A DNA stretch of 63,757 nt, counting the filler, from Octopus bimaculoides (taxonomy: Eukaryota): the NCBI RefSeq assembly GCF_001194135.2. It is 7 parts of 6 records of this genome, joined end to end, with 100 filler letters (N's around TTAATTAATTAA, not from the genome) between each part and the next. Parts side by side here need not be neighbours in the genome. Positions count along the whole stretch, not along the records: positions 11,903 to 31,961 come from NC_068992.1; positions 32,062 to 53,431 come from NC_069001.1; 5 more parts are not named here. One strand, written 5' to 3'. Each line of letters begins with the position of its first letter. The stretch's first letter is position 1. Position numbers and translations under genes: made by a program. The notes beneath the pieces are model-generated. The model was given only the letters and a program-made list of their open reading frames with translations. It had not been told where the DNA came from and did no database searches. Positions 24,270 to 37,980 of the stretch are shown here, in pieces.

Positions 24270-25500
24270 TATGTGTCGCATAAATTTACGTGGCCTAAGG
24301 TGATCTTGGATGCAGTGGCACTCACCCGTCATCCATCACTAGCTGATGTGCTAGCTATCAGCTTAAACAGGTTTTTTAACACATGCAACGGCGCCCATTT
24401 GTAATGATTTTGAGGTCAACGCATTTCTGACCCAGCCAGGAAATGGTGACTCTGTTGGAGTGTTGTTTTAGAAAGGTCTGGTCTCGAGATACGGCCCATC
24501 TTTCTGGACCCATCAGCAAGTTGATGATTCAGGACGTGAACAGTAACAAAAAGTGGGTGCCTTCAGTACAGTGTCTATCTTACCCCGACAGAGGCGGGGT
24601 GACCAGTTGCTTAAGTTGCCTGAATGTTTTCCTTGGAAGGTACCACTCTTCTGTTTTAACATGTCAGTGGAATGCTGTTTGGATGCATGCTTGGAGTGTA
24701 TTACAATGATTGGTTGTAAATGTATTATTAAGCTGCTCAAATGATTCCAATTGTCTGACAGTTGTCAAACTGAATTTGCAAACGTGGACAGGAACAAGCA
24801 TCATGGTATCATCTAAACTGTATTCAAAGACTAGAAGATAGCCTAAGGTGTCCTCAATCCAAATTGGTTGGCTATACACGCCACAAAATTATGATTTGTA
24901 TAACCGATCTGGATAGGTTTCATAGACAGGGACCCGGTGAATGGAAACTGAATACGTCATTTTCGGCACGCCAAGTTTACAGAGACCGATTTGGAATAGT
25001 AGTTAAGAGAGCATTCATGGGGGAACTCGTCAACACCCGATGTTAACTCTAAAAATAGGGTTATTACAATCGATAGGGCTTAGTAAAGAAGTAGTGATAG
25101 AGAACACTAATGTAGAAGGAGAGCTAGTTAGGAAGGTAGAAGAGTAGCTTTGAAGCTGTTGGCTGCGAGGTTGACCCTTGAACATTTATTCAACACGAAA
25201 CATGAAGTTGCACTGTCAGAGCTAAGGAGCGTGTTCTGATGCACGAGGTAACGAAAAGCTTTTGATAAGCTACGTTGATAAGCCACGTTGGTCGAGGTGC
25301 AATTCGACATGCAAAAGCCACGACTCCGTTTTTTGATGGATCAGGGTGGATGCGTGCACCACGTTTTCGTGTAGATATGTGTGACTTTAAGGGTCCCTTT
25401 GCTAAACTGCTTACTGAGAGTGGAGGTTTGGAAACTTTATCGCCCGTCTCGAAAACCTACCGCGGCTGTCAAAGAGAGTTGCAGAGTTCTACTAAAGGCC
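24270..25500 (+). mobile_element. Decayed L1/Tx1-clade LINE ORF2 (AP endonuclease plus linker)
   Basis: CRINLRGLR (like NVRGL), a VYSVY-like motif, CQWNA (like GDWNA), GPGEWKLNTSF (like GPGYWKLNTS), then a KHE.CTVRAKER linker; many stops. Confidence 0.65.
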
Positions 25501-25878
25501 AATAACAGAATGTAAATAAATGACGAATAAAAAGGTGTTAAATGAAACAAAAGATAAACTATAAGAAATATACATTCATTCAAAGTCTAAAAAACGCACA
25601 ATGAGCGGAAATATTGATAAATCTTTCAATAAACAAGTTAGAAATTAAGGGTAAAAGTAATTTGTGTTTTAAAAGGTAAAATAAGTAAAATATAATGGAA
25701 AACCATGCAAAGTGTGATAAAAATAAACGAAAATGTATCAGAATATATAAGAACAAAATAAAAGTCTAAAAACTATTTCCAAGCATTCCTTTTCGTCATT
25801 TGACATAGCAAATTTCTTACGAAGATAAAAATAACAGATCGGTATTTATCGTGGAAAAGAAAATTAAACAAAAGGAGA

Positions 25879-25958
<80 letters not shown>
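25879..25958. repeat. (AAT)n microsatellite
   Basis: Pure run. Confidence 0.95.
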
Positions 25959-25960
<2 letters not shown>

Positions 25961-26784
25961 AATAAAAAGAATAAACGTAAAGAAAACACAAGTTAACATT
26001 AGTCGACTTCAGTTTTACTGTTCTGAAAATGGAGATACGTTCATCGGCTTTTACTTGGCGAAACATAAAAAAATAAGTCTAAAGCTATTGAGTGTCCGAA
26101 AGTGTTCGCATTTATTATGAAATCCCGTCTGTTGGTGCTAATAAATCGACGTCTTAAAAGAGAAACTGAAGATACAAATTAAGGGGGAAATATGCGTGTA
26201 TAAATATGTATGTGGGTGTGTGTGTGGGTGAGTGGGTTATGCTTGTGTGTGTGTTTGTGTGCATGTGTGACAGTGTGCGAGGGTGTGTGTGTGTGTGTGT
26301 GTGTGTATCAATGTAGATAGGTTGGTTAGTGGGAGTGGTTGTGTATTTGTGTGCTCGAAGAACTCAATGATAAACAAACATTAAAGAAGTCAAAACCACT
26401 CTAATAACTATTACACATTTATTGACTAAGCCTAAAAAGTTTCGATTGCTGACAGATGCGAGCTTCTTTGTTTCCTCGGTTTTCAGTGGTTATTAAATGC
26501 CTTTTAATGTACACGCTTACATATACGCCTCTTCACGCACACACAAACACACACATGCACACATGCATGTAGGCAAGTAGATACACAAACAAACAAACAC
26601 ACATACATACATATAAGGGAGTAAAATATTATCGGAAGTTTCTTCACTTCCCTCATATTACTCAAAAATGTTGTCTAGTTACACACAATCTTTGATACAA
26701 TATTTCCGTTTGATTTATTAGTATTCTTATTACTATCAACACTCATTTCCCTTCATATCTCAAATCTCCAACGCCAACCAATCA

Positions 26785-26796
26785 ATCAATCAATCA

Positions 26797-26855
<59 letters not shown>

Positions 26856-26865
26856 CTTCTATCCT

Positions 26866-26955
<90 letters not shown>
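26785..26955. repeat. (TCAA)n(TCTA)n(TCTG)n compound microsatellite
   Basis: Direct reading. Confidence 0.95.
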
Positions 26956-26960
<5 letters not shown>

Positions 26961-27009
26961 CTGTGTGTGTGAGTGTGTGTGTGTCTGTGTGTATAGATAG
27001 ATAGATATG

Positions 27010-28140
27010 ATAATAACAATAATACCAGGGTGGAATTTATAAATATTTAATGCATTACTACATACGTTTCCACAGATCAGATGATTTTGATATCTGAGTC
27101 GGTATCCTTGGTACAGTATAGTCCGTATTATCCGTGGGCATCATCATTGATCCATTTCATCAGGTAATACTGTATTATTGGATGAATTCCAGGGATGTTT
27201 ATCCCTTCTTTTCAGTATGAAAGCCAATCTAGCTATGTGAGTAATTTTGTATGTACTTGGTAGGGGAAGGTAGGTGATGGTAGTATATCCCTTGATCTAT
27301 TTCTTTCAAGACCTGACTCAACTCAATAAATTCTTAACCTAACAGGTAGTCAGCTGCTATATAGTGGTGTTTGTTGACTACATTGATTAATATCACCCCT
27401 CTTGTGGTGACTTTTTCAATGTTTCTGTTGTTATAGTAGTGTGTGTCATCTTAAACACTGTCATTTTCAATTATTTATTTGGTTTCCTTCACTATTCTAT
27501 GATTTATCACTTGTTTTCAAACTTTTTTTCGAAATCCCATGATTGATATTTTGTTTCTATGCTTCCATGATATGACCATCTCAGAGTGTCTATTTATCAC
27601 GTTTTCCCTGAATGTTATTAATTCCAGAGTTCCCTCAAGTCATATGTTGCATACTCGTGAAGTCCCGTTATAAGGTGTAGCATTTTTTAAAAATTGACCA
27701 GTGGGTTGTGTATTCTACTCTATTATCTTTTAGCCTGCAGACAAGGTTCGACAGAGTGGTAGAGTGTCTTTTCTTTATATTGGAAAATGATGAGTGATGG
27801 TTTCTCAGATGAATGTTCATGGTGTCTGCGGTACTACCGATGTACACTTTTCTGCGCATTTGCCCTCAACTCGGATTTGTACTCTACATTTCGTATCATG
27901 CAGTTGTTGCAGAACCTGCATTCGTCTTTACGCCTGAAGTTACACGTGATACTATTTTAACCTTTTTTGCTATGGTGTTACTATTGTTGGTTTTCTTTCT
28001 TCTTCCTCTTGTAATCGTGCACTCATTTTCCTTATCACCTGGTTTAAAAGCCTAGAGAACAAAACCAAGACCAAGTTTCGAAACGTACGTAGTGATGTAT
28101 TAAATATTTATGAATTCTATCCTGGAATTATTGTTATTAT
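27010..28140 (-). mobile_element. Penelope-like element: GIY-YIG endonuclease remnant bracketed by inverted terminal copies
   Basis: Minus-strand RKVYIGSTADT...NHHSSFSNIKKRHSTTLS...WSI followed by VCNI*LE...NRHSEM...HRNK. A 61-bp terminal motif is inverted at 27010-27070 and 28080-28140 (54/61 identical by eye). Confidence 0.8.
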
Positions 28141-28295
28141 TATATTTAATCCACATTATATCGGTTTAACCATGATGCAATCCCGAAAATCTAACTCACT
28201 AGTCAGTATCATTAAACGGTAGCCGGAATAATGGAATAGGTGCTTTATTTGTATACCCCTAACATTACCTAAACGAATTTAAAAGAACTATAGAT

Positions 28296-28365
<70 letters not shown>

Positions 28366-28597
28366 ACACACAAACACACACACACACACACTCACACACA
28401 CACACACACATATATATAAAAGTGAAATAGTTAGAGGTTAAACTAACCGTCTAAGTGAAAGAAGTATCCATTAGACTACCAGTATATTACCTATATTTAA
28501 CGGTGGACAATCATATGCAAACATATTATGTTCATAAGTTATAGGTTAAGACAAAGATAAACATGGGTTTATCAAGAATCAAAATTTAAAGAAAAAA

Positions 28598-29150
28598 GAA
28601 AATGGAGAAATACTGATTAACAACAATTGACTTACATCAATTATTATGTATTAATTCAATGCAAATAGACTGCATCCCATCTAACAGTTATTTCTGCTTC
28701 TAATGTTATATGGTATATACACCACTTCTCCGACAAAAACCGTTTGGCGTATCTTACTATTATTTTTGCTTTTTTATTATTTTCCCATCCTATCCTCTCC
28801 CATTGTACAAAGGATTAATCCACCAATTGCTATTTTGTTTTAGTCTTTTACTTAACGGCCCAAAGAGACACAGGCAAAATGGGATTATTACAACCATATT
28901 CAACTTTACCCTTTTTCTTCTCATTGCTCTTCATCTCCATTGATCCTTCACTCTGATGAAGCTCCTTGTTTCAGATCGGTTTTATTACCAAATATGATAA
29001 ATATTTTTTCATATTTTGAATATCAATAGCACAGGCATATAACATTGGCAGCAAAAATAGCTGTTAGATGCGATGCAGTCTATTTGCATTGAATTAATAA
29101 ATAATAATTGATGTAAGTCAATTGTTGTTAATCAGTACTTCTCCATTTTC
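28598..29150. repeat. About 100-bp inverted repeat pair with a 350-bp spacer (MITE-like or PLE-derived)
   Basis: 28598-28698 is the near-perfect reverse complement of 29050-29150, with only a few mismatches. Confidence 0.75.
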
Positions 29151-29422
29151 GGTTTTCTTTTTATATATANNNNNNNNNNNNNNNNNNNNNNNNNNNNNNN
29201 NNNNNNNNNNNNNNNNNNNNNNNNNNNNNNNNNNNNNNNNNNNNNNNNNACTTATACCGGCTATTTGGGAATTCTAAGGGTGAACGAGCTCTATTTGTAC
29301 TCTTATACGTTCTTAACAGAACACACCTCAACAGACTACATATATGGTAAATGAAAGACAGAAGATAGAATATATTACAATCTTATATATTTATATGGAT
29401 ACACGCTCACACACATACATAC

Positions 29423-29483
<61 letters not shown>

Positions 29484-30303
29484 GAGAGAGAGATAAAAGC
29501 AATTCTAGCAATGTAAACATATACATAGTGCATCTGTTTGTGTATACATACATATGCGCATATACATAGTGCATCTGTTTTGTGTATACGCAAAATTTGC
29601 TGGGAAATCTCCCTAAGAAATGCTAACTGTTAAAGAACAGCTGAATATCGTAGACCAGCGATTCACTTCATTTTGATATGACCCAAGCACATGATATTGC
29701 TAAGCCACTATAACAGTGAAATATTGATATCTACTATTCTCGGTAACTTCGAAGTAAGTCGTCACCTGCTCTCTCATTTTCAGGTGTTCTTTAACACTCG
29801 ACGTTGTTACAGTAGCTTTCCCCGCATGCTATCCAGCAGTAAATTTGACGTAAAAACAAAATACAATATGTATATGCAACCGATAATATATGCATATAAG
29901 TGCATGAGTGTACATCCGTATATGAGTGTACATCCGACATATGCTTCGAAGAAAACATTGTTATTATTCTAGAAGGAATAAAATTATGTAAAACAATGCA
30001 ATCTTCTCATCAGGGGAAAAAAAGAAAGAACATGCATCAATACAATATTTGAACTATATGTGATTACAGCAGATATGATGAAGGGAACGCTGATAAGTTA
30101 TTTTTTTTAAAAACCGTAAACAGATATATCGTCAAAGGCAATTTATAGAAAGAGAAGGAGGAGAAAGAGAGAAATTAGGAGAAAACTAAGAATGGAAAAA
30201 TATTGTGCGATAGGTGAAGATTAAAGGCCTTGGAATTGATATGTTTAGTAGAAATGAAATGTAAGAAGACAGATAAAGGTCGAAGTTTATAGACTAGTAG
30301 AGA

Positions 30304-31961
30304 TTACTTACAGGAACTAGAGGTAGGTGTTTGCCAATGTTTGCAACGATAACAATAAATACGTTCTTTAAAAGTGTTTAGAAGAGGATTCTCTGAGAAA
30401 AGGATGAAATACAGTTCATCGTTACAGAGCGAACAAGAAGATTTATCTTTATCATAGGAGAAGGACGTAAATATAATATTGCATTCCACATCAAATTGTT
30501 TATTATGTTCCTTTAGAGACCAAATTAATTTATTAAGGCCAGTATTGTTGCGATAATTGATATGTCTAAATGTAGAGTAATGGTTATACATTCTTTTGGA
30601 CAACTGAGATGAAGAAATACCTATATAAAAAAAGACATGAGACCCGGAAGTAATTTTACATTGATAAACAGAGTTTCTGCAATTGGAATTTATATCAGAA
30701 ATACTAATACTGTTGTTATTATTGTTCAAAGAATAACTAATGTTAATAATATCAATGTTATTATTTTCATTAAGTGGATTTATATTTAACAGCTTATTGT
30801 TATGCGAAGAGATGATTTGTGAAAGGGTTTTGGTCTGTGAAGACCCTATTCTGATTCGGTGCGAATTGATAATGGAATAGTATCTTGAATTTTGGGGAAA
30901 ATTCTTAAATATAGCTTCACGAGACTAGTAAGGGAGATTGGATTTCATCTGCTTACCATATGGAATTATCAACTAAACAGTTTTGCTAGGACATACCTTG
31001 TTATTAGGATAATTATCTTTAAAAGTCCTAGATGTACTTCTATAACGTAAAAAGGGTCTTTAAGAACGATTATCTACCTTACGCTGCAAAAATACATTTC
31101 TTGATTTAGTGTTGTTATTCGAACTGAAATTTGCATTGTTATTATCGTTATGGCCTGATTTCATGTCCCGATTAATAGAGGTAGAATTAATGTCAATAGG
31201 ATTATTATATTAATATAGATATGTTTTTCTTTATAGCCTGCTTTAAGTAAGGCAGAGTTATAAAATTCGGTTTTACCTTTGAAGATATCAACATTGGCAG
31301 ATATTCTAGAAATGCAATATTCCGATCCACATTCCTTGTAATAGCCTTAGAATGATTACTGAAAGAGCTAATATATTTTAAATTAGTTGAGAGTTTATGG
31401 TATGAGAAATATTAATCATTATGTAAGTTAAGAGTAATATCCAAAAATATGGCTTTAGTTATATCATCATCAAAAAGCCCATGTTTCGGAAAAATTTAAC
31501 CAATCTATTTTTAACCCTTTGTAATTTTTGATTAGAAGCATTTTAAAGGTAGAGTAGACAATCGCCACGATATAGACCTCCACTGATGTTTGAGAATTGG
31601 TCAGCCAGCTCGTGCTGAATCAGAACTTCCCATCATGACATCAAAATGTCGGGCGTATCTTTACAAACTCCCAGCTTGTTATTATATTTAATAATAGATT
31701 TTCTAGCAGCTAACACGACATTAATTTCATACCTGGTGAGACCTGCTTTGTTGTGTGCGAGCCAGAGTGCCTTGTTAAGTATAAGTGGATTAATAGAGAA
31801 ATAGTAACTAGAAATGTCGAAATGGATAAACTTAGTGCACTTCTTGTTATTAATAGAATTAAACCAGTCGACCACTTCGAACAAATTAGTCCATAAATTA
31901 AGTCTTAATTTTTTTAAATTAAGATAGAAATATATTTATCAAGAATAGTTTTGCTAAGTAC
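30304..31961 (-). mobile_element. Penelope-like element ORF remnant (RT plus GIY-YIG), truncated by a gap
   Basis: VVDWFNSI...FIHFDISSYYFSI (RT), MGSSDSA, GGLYRGD (YRDD-like), then NSVYQCKIT..FFYIGISS...KRMYNHYSTF...CSLCNDE (GIY-YIG). Confidence 0.9.
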
Positions 31962-32399
31962 NNNNNNNNNNNNNNNNNNNNNNNNNNNNNNNNNNNNNNN
32001 NNNNNTTAATTAATTAANNNNNNNNNNNNNNNNNNNNNNNNNNNNNNNNNNNNNNNNNNNNACAAAAATAACAACGTCAACACAACGACGCCCCCTATAA
32101 AGTCAGCAACAAGAACTGTAAACACATCAACAGCGTGACACAAAATAGAGAATATCATTAGTAACGGATTAATGATTTGATAGAGAACCACGTGACATAT
32201 TTTGTCTTGTCTTGTTTTGTTTTGTTTTATGTCTTGTTTATGTTTTTGATGTCTCGTCCAGAATTGCTGATGAGGTCTGTACGACAATATGTAATGGCCA
32301 CTGCGATATGTGAATTAAACCTGACTTAATGTTTATGCAACAACTTTTACTTTCACTATTATCAACTATAAACAATTTTTATATTGCTCATTATACTAT

Positions 32400-32530
32400 C
32401 TCAGATCGCCTTCCTCTTTCTCTGTCTCTCTTTCTAACACTCCGTCTCACTCCTTCATCTTCTCTTTCCCCCTGTCTATCATTCTGGTCTTCTATGTCAC
32501 TGTCTCTATTCTGTCATTCTCTCCCCTATT

Positions 32531-32573
<43 letters not shown>

Positions 32574-33400
32574 CTCTCTGTCCATCGACTTCCGTCAGTG
32601 TCCGTTCTCATTCTATAATTCTCGACCTGCTGTTTCTCTATCTTCTATCAGTCTTTCTTAGTTTCCTTCTGTATGTCACTGTCTCTTTCCTTCTGATTCT
32701 GTGTATTTTTTGCAGTTTGTCTTTTTAAATCTCACCCCACTCTCTCTCTCCATCAATCTCTGATCATATCTACATATCTAATGTTCTTGCTGTCTCTCTA
32801 CCTTATGTTCACACGGCCCCTTATCCTTCAGTCTCTCTCCATTTCTCTCTGTCTCACTCAGTTTCTCTCTCGTTCTCGCTTTCTCTTTTCCCCTCTCTGT
32901 CAACCTGGTTCTGTCTATCTCTGAGCATATCTATCAAATTCTAACGCCTTTACTGACTATTGTACGCATACATTTTCTCATTTTCGATCATCCCCTCCCC
33001 TGGCATTCTTCAGTTTTTCTCCACCCCAATCTCTCATTACATTAACTTTCCATCTATCTCTCTGGTCCTATTTCTCTCTGGTTCTCTCTATCAATCTCTC
33101 ACGCTCTTATTCTATCATTGTTGATACTCTCTTCTCTCCGTTTCTCTGTCTCTCTCCATTTCTGTTCGATTTATCTTTCTGCCTCTTTATCTCTCTCTCT
33201 TCACATCTCTCCAAATCCCTGCCATTCTCACAATATATTTCTTTCACTGTACATTTTTTTCATTCATCTGTTTGTCTGTCTCCGTGTGTGTTTGCCTCTG
33301 TCTGCTTCACTCTGTCTCTCCCGCTTGATCTATATATTTTTCGTTACCTTTCCTCCCTGTCTCAGTCTCACTCAATTTATTTTCTTTCCTCCATCCGACC
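32400..33400. repeat. CT-rich degenerate low-complexity tract
   Basis: Decayed (CT)n. Confidence 0.85.
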
Positions 33401-34950
33401 ACACACAATACTTCTAATCCAAAAGCTACCTATATGAAGAACAACAGTTAGATACATTATGTACAGGATGCAAAAAAAAAAACCCCGAATATCTTAAATA
33501 ATAAACAAAGAATTTGCAAATATAAAGAAAATCAATATTTCTGTATATATTTTTATATTAAATTCACACACAAAAAGAAAAAAAGACACCCAAATAATTT
33601 ATGGCAGGACTTATCTTGAATTTAAGCTATAAATACATTTTCTATTTGCTATAATGTTTTGTAGAAGAGATGATAAGAGAAAGTAATGACATCATGACAT
33701 CGAACAAAAATTTTATATCACCGTTGCCTGTTCCAGATTACGCATAAATGTTCAATAAACAATAATAAGTTAAGAGACGAAAGAAAAAGAAAACAGGGTG
33801 AAAAATAAAACAAAACAAAGAAAAGTAGAAGGCTAATATAGTTACAATGGTGAAAATAGAAAAGAGATAGGAATAAACGTTTCGGACTGCTGTCGTTTTT
33901 CGAGATAGAAGGAAGAATAGAAAGAAATGAAAGGAGAATGCAGAAATCTTTTTGATCCGACTAAACCCCTCAAAGATGGTGTCTCAACATAGGCGCAGTT
34001 CAGTGAACCATATAAGTAATAGTAGATAAAAGACAAAATACGCTAGAATACATTTCTATAATATATGAGCCAACAAGAGAGCCTCAACCTGCTAGAAGTA
34101 GCAACCAAACCTATTTCAAATTACACCACAGTATCTGCAATAGATGTTACATGGAACGAGCTAGAGAGGGGGCCCCAATGTAGTCGCATAATCCGCTCCA
34201 AATAATGGTTAAATCTTCCTGTCATCACACACCATAATCTGAAAAAATTAGAGACACTGACAATGAAGAAAATAGCGACGTTGTGCTAACATGGCTTCAT
34301 AACTTGTAAGACACAGCAGCCGAAAGCTCTCCCGAACAATTAATCAGTTTTCAGCTTAGTTGAAAACAGAATAGCAGGCATAACGTACATCTATATACAT
34401 TATGCGTGATAAAATCCCTGGCCTACTGAGATTGCGCACAAGGCGTGTTTGGGATGTATAATTGCTTGGAGCTAAGATGCAACATGGGATCAAGTATCTC
34501 GCTTTTCTTTCTGTTGGTTGTTGATTTTATCCAACAAACGTTATTGATTTTCGTCTAGCTCAGTTTTAGTTGGTATAGTGAATCTTGTGGATTACTTATG
34601 CATTAAGGTTTGTGATCTTTAAGGGTTGCATGATAGTTTTTGGTGCAAACATAATGTAGTTCTGTGTTTACTATCGCTTAATTAACTACATATGAAAACA
34701 TATAATGGGTTAGTCATTCTTGGTCCTTTGTCCACGTCCTCAATTATTATAGACATGGGGCTAAACTACAATATTCATTAAAATAGAATACTGTTTGATT
34801 TGATGCAAATGTCTGAAGGCTAAATGTTCACAAACTGAAAATACCAGCTTGCCTTTTAGTATTGCCTACCCTTTCATAATTGTTTCTTAAATTAGAAATT
34901 TGAGGAGGAACTTTTAACAAACGACATAGATCCCAACATTTGACTCACAT

Positions 34951-35315
34951 TTTTTTATCGGTACCGAAATAATGAAGTGTTAAGTCGATTTTGCTGAGAT
35001 TTGAACTCAGGACGTAACGAAGCTGAATATATATTCAAAAAATAAAGACGGACGAAGTGCTGCAAATCATTTCGTTCAACGTGCTAAGGATTCTGCCAGC
35101 TCACCGCTTCAACCCCCTCCTAAATAACGGTTTCATATTTTGGCATAATGTCAGCAATTTAGCGGGTTAGTAAGTCCATGACTTGACCACAGTGCTCATT
35201 CGGTACTTATTTTATTGGACCTCGAAGAATTTGAACCCAGAACGTAAAGACTAACGAAATGCCGCTAATGATTTTGTCCGGTGTGTGAAGCAATTCTACC
35301 TCATCGCCGCCGCCT
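34951..35315 (-). mobile_element. Two adjacent SINE family B copies
   Basis: The reverse complement of the gcggtgagctggcagaatc.ttagcacg head ends near 35108; a second, more degenerate copy lies at 35161-35315. Confidence 0.6.
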
Positions 35316-35599
35316 TTCGCCCACGTAATCAGAAGAAAGAAAGCAGCATTGATATCCACATTGTTCTTCTAACCTCTCCAAGTTTTGAAACTTGGAAACG
35401 ATCTTAATTTTATTATAACTGACACTGCAGCACTCCTTCAATGAGAATAGGAAATAGAAATTGAAAATATTGATTTTTTGAATATCATTGGACAATTTAA
35501 TCCTTACAATAATTTCCATTAAACACACAGGAATGCAACGAAACACGCATAACCACAAGAATTGAAAGGGAGGAAAATAGGATCCAATACCGACGCAAC

Positions 35600-36100
35600 T
35601 AGAAATGTTACGCCTAAGAAATTGACTATTTTAAAGTTACTATTTCCTATAATTTTTAGATTCAGATCATTGTATAGTTCGGTTAGGGCCTTCTTGAAAT
35701 TAAGTCCGTTTCCCGTTTAGATTTGTGAAGATGAATGAAACATTTTCTTTATAGGTTCCTCCGTTAATAGGGTGGAATATATTGTGTATTAACTTTAAGA
35801 TATATAATCCAATTTGATTTGAAAATTTCCGCGGAAATTCTGGCTGGCATGCTTACATCAAAGAGGTTTTGCTATGTTACGTCTTTTTTGTCCTCCCTAT
35901 TCTACCATTAAATAAGGAAATCGATTTACTGGTTTTTCTAGCATGCATTATTATTCACGTGTCCTTATCTACAATAGTGCAATGGAGTTTGTGAAGTCTA
36001 GGGCCGTTAATAATATATGACTAGTAAGGGATGGGTAGTAGCCAATTATATCTAATTTCTTGAATGTGTATATTTGTTTACTAAATGTTTATTGAGGATG
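35600..36100 (-). pseudogene. Penelope RT core remnant
   Basis: Minus-strand GYYPSLTSHILLTALDF; NLFDVSM...SAEI; KKALTELYNDLNLKIIGNSNFKIVNFLGVTF (like FYPSI, FDVTMG...GAE, VNFLDVT). Confidence 0.7.
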
Positions 36101-36487
36101 AGTTTTCTTTTTACGAACTTCACTATGGTACGGTTGCTCCAACCAAAGTGCCAATCTCAGTTTTTCAGATTCTAGTCGTTGATTTTATCTGATAAATTGT
36201 ATTGATTTTCTTACTCCTAGCTCAGTTTTAGTTGGTATAATGAGTTTGGTTGTGGTTTATGCATGAAGTAGAGCTTGTGATCCTGTACGGTGTGTTTTTC
36301 CTCTTTTTAGTGCAAGGATTACACTGTACCATTTATATCAAGGCATGGAACTATGCATTTGGCCTCATTATTTATAGAACATAATGTGAAATTCGTATGT
36401 TTTAAAGTTGTTCATAGCGCTGCTTGTAGGCAGATGACAGACTGTTTCGCATGTTAGCAATATCAACCACATCGACAACAACAGTAT

Positions 36488-36620
36488 CTAAGAAGTGAGC
36501 TCCCAACCACATGGTTCCAAGTTCAGTCCTACTGCTGGCACATTGGGCACGTAACTTCTACTATAGCTTCGGATCGACCATATCCTTGAATGGATTTCGG
36601 AAAATGAGAGAAACCTGCTG
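36488..36620 (+). mobile_element. SINE family A, degenerate 5' part
   Basis: cccaaccacatggttccaagttcagtcctactg...ttctactatagc. Confidence 0.6.
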
Positions 36621-36694
36621 TGTGTGTGTGTGTGTGTATACATACATACATGCATGCATACATATATGCTGACAACTAAACACATTTTTTTCTC

Positions 36695-36860
36695 TCCTTC
36701 TTTCTCTCCTTGTTTCTTTCTGTGTTCCGTTCTGTGGAAGAGCGTAGGCTCGAAACGTTAAAGACTTGTTCAATTCCCGAGCGTTATACTAATACATGTA
36801 TTTGTTTTCCACACAACCTGTCTTCGTCTGTTGTTTTTTGTGAATTCTACCTATATATAT
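36695..36860 (+). mobile_element. Penelope-like terminal repeat copy
   Basis: ctgtggaagagcgtaggctcgaaacgttaaagact...cccgagcgttatactaatac; homologous to 17-150 and 40550-40715. Confidence 0.7.
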
Positions 36861-37595
36861 ATGTATTTTCTCTCTTTCTCTCTCTCTCTCTCTCTTTCTC
36901 TTTCTCTCTCTCCCTCCTTCTTTCTCTTTGTCTCTGTCCATCTTTCTTTTTTCCATCACTCTCTCTGTCTTTCTGTCTCTGTCCCTCTCTCTCCCTCTAT
37001 CACTTTCCTCACTATTTTTGAAGATTACTTGTTGACATCGTAAAATATCTTCAGCCGAAAATCACACTTTCACTGACCAATTGAAACAGTAAACTAGTTT
37101 TTCGTTAGATTCAGATTAACTTAAAACGTTTCTTCTTCTTTCTTGCTTCAAACTTAATTTCCTAAAACTTACACGTTTATTCATTCACAGTCATATGAAA
37201 GTTCGCTATTTGAAACACTCTGACTACTACACTGCTGAATCTATTAAAAGCACATGTATTCCCCCTCTCTCCCTCTGTCTCTCTGTACTTTTGAAGATTA
37301 CCTGTTAACATCGTAAAAGTCTTCAGCCGAAATCACACTTTCACAGACCAATTTAAACATTAAACCAATTTTTCGTTAGATTCAGATTAACGCTTCTTCT
37401 TTCTTCGGTTAAATCTTAAATTTACAGGTTAGGAACGCTGCAGTAGACACGTTCTCTCGGCACTGTTGCACCCACCCTTTCCACCCCTCTACCATCTTCC
37501 CTCATGGCCAATATCTACTTCACTTCCGTGTTTACAACCACTCCTAAGCAGTCCTCCTGTTCTCCTTGTCGATATGAATGTATTATATTGATCTT

Positions 37596-37980
37596 GTGGA
37601 GGCGCAATGGCCCAGTGGTTAGGGCAGCGGACTCGCGGTCGTAGGATCACAGTTTCGATTCCCAGGCGTTGTGAGTGTTTATTGAGCCAAAACACCTAAA
37701 GCTCCATGAGGCTCCGGCAGGGGATGGTGGCGAACCCTGCTGTACTCTTCCACCACAACTTTCTCTCACTCTTACTTCCTGTTTCTGTTGTGCCTGTAAT
37801 TCAAAGGGTCAGCCTTGTCACAATGTGTTACAATGAATATCCCCGAGAACTACGTTAAGGGTACACGTGTCTGTGGAGTGCTCAGCCACTTGCACGTTAA
37901 TTTCACGAGCAGGCTGTTCAGTCGATCTGATCAACTGGAACCCATGACGTCGTAAGCGACGGAGTGCCAACAACAACAAC
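37596..37980 (+). mobile_element. SINE family C, full length
   Basis: tRNA-like A box (tggcccagtggttagg) and B box (gtttcgattcc); body gggtacacgtgtctgtggagtgctcagcc; (CAA)n tail. Confidence 0.85.

Noticed and set aside
37596-37670. tRNA-like sequences (also 57370 and the family A heads)
   Set aside because: A and B boxes are present, but they continue into SINE bodies and I see no complete cloverleaf, so these are SINE heads, not tRNA genes.
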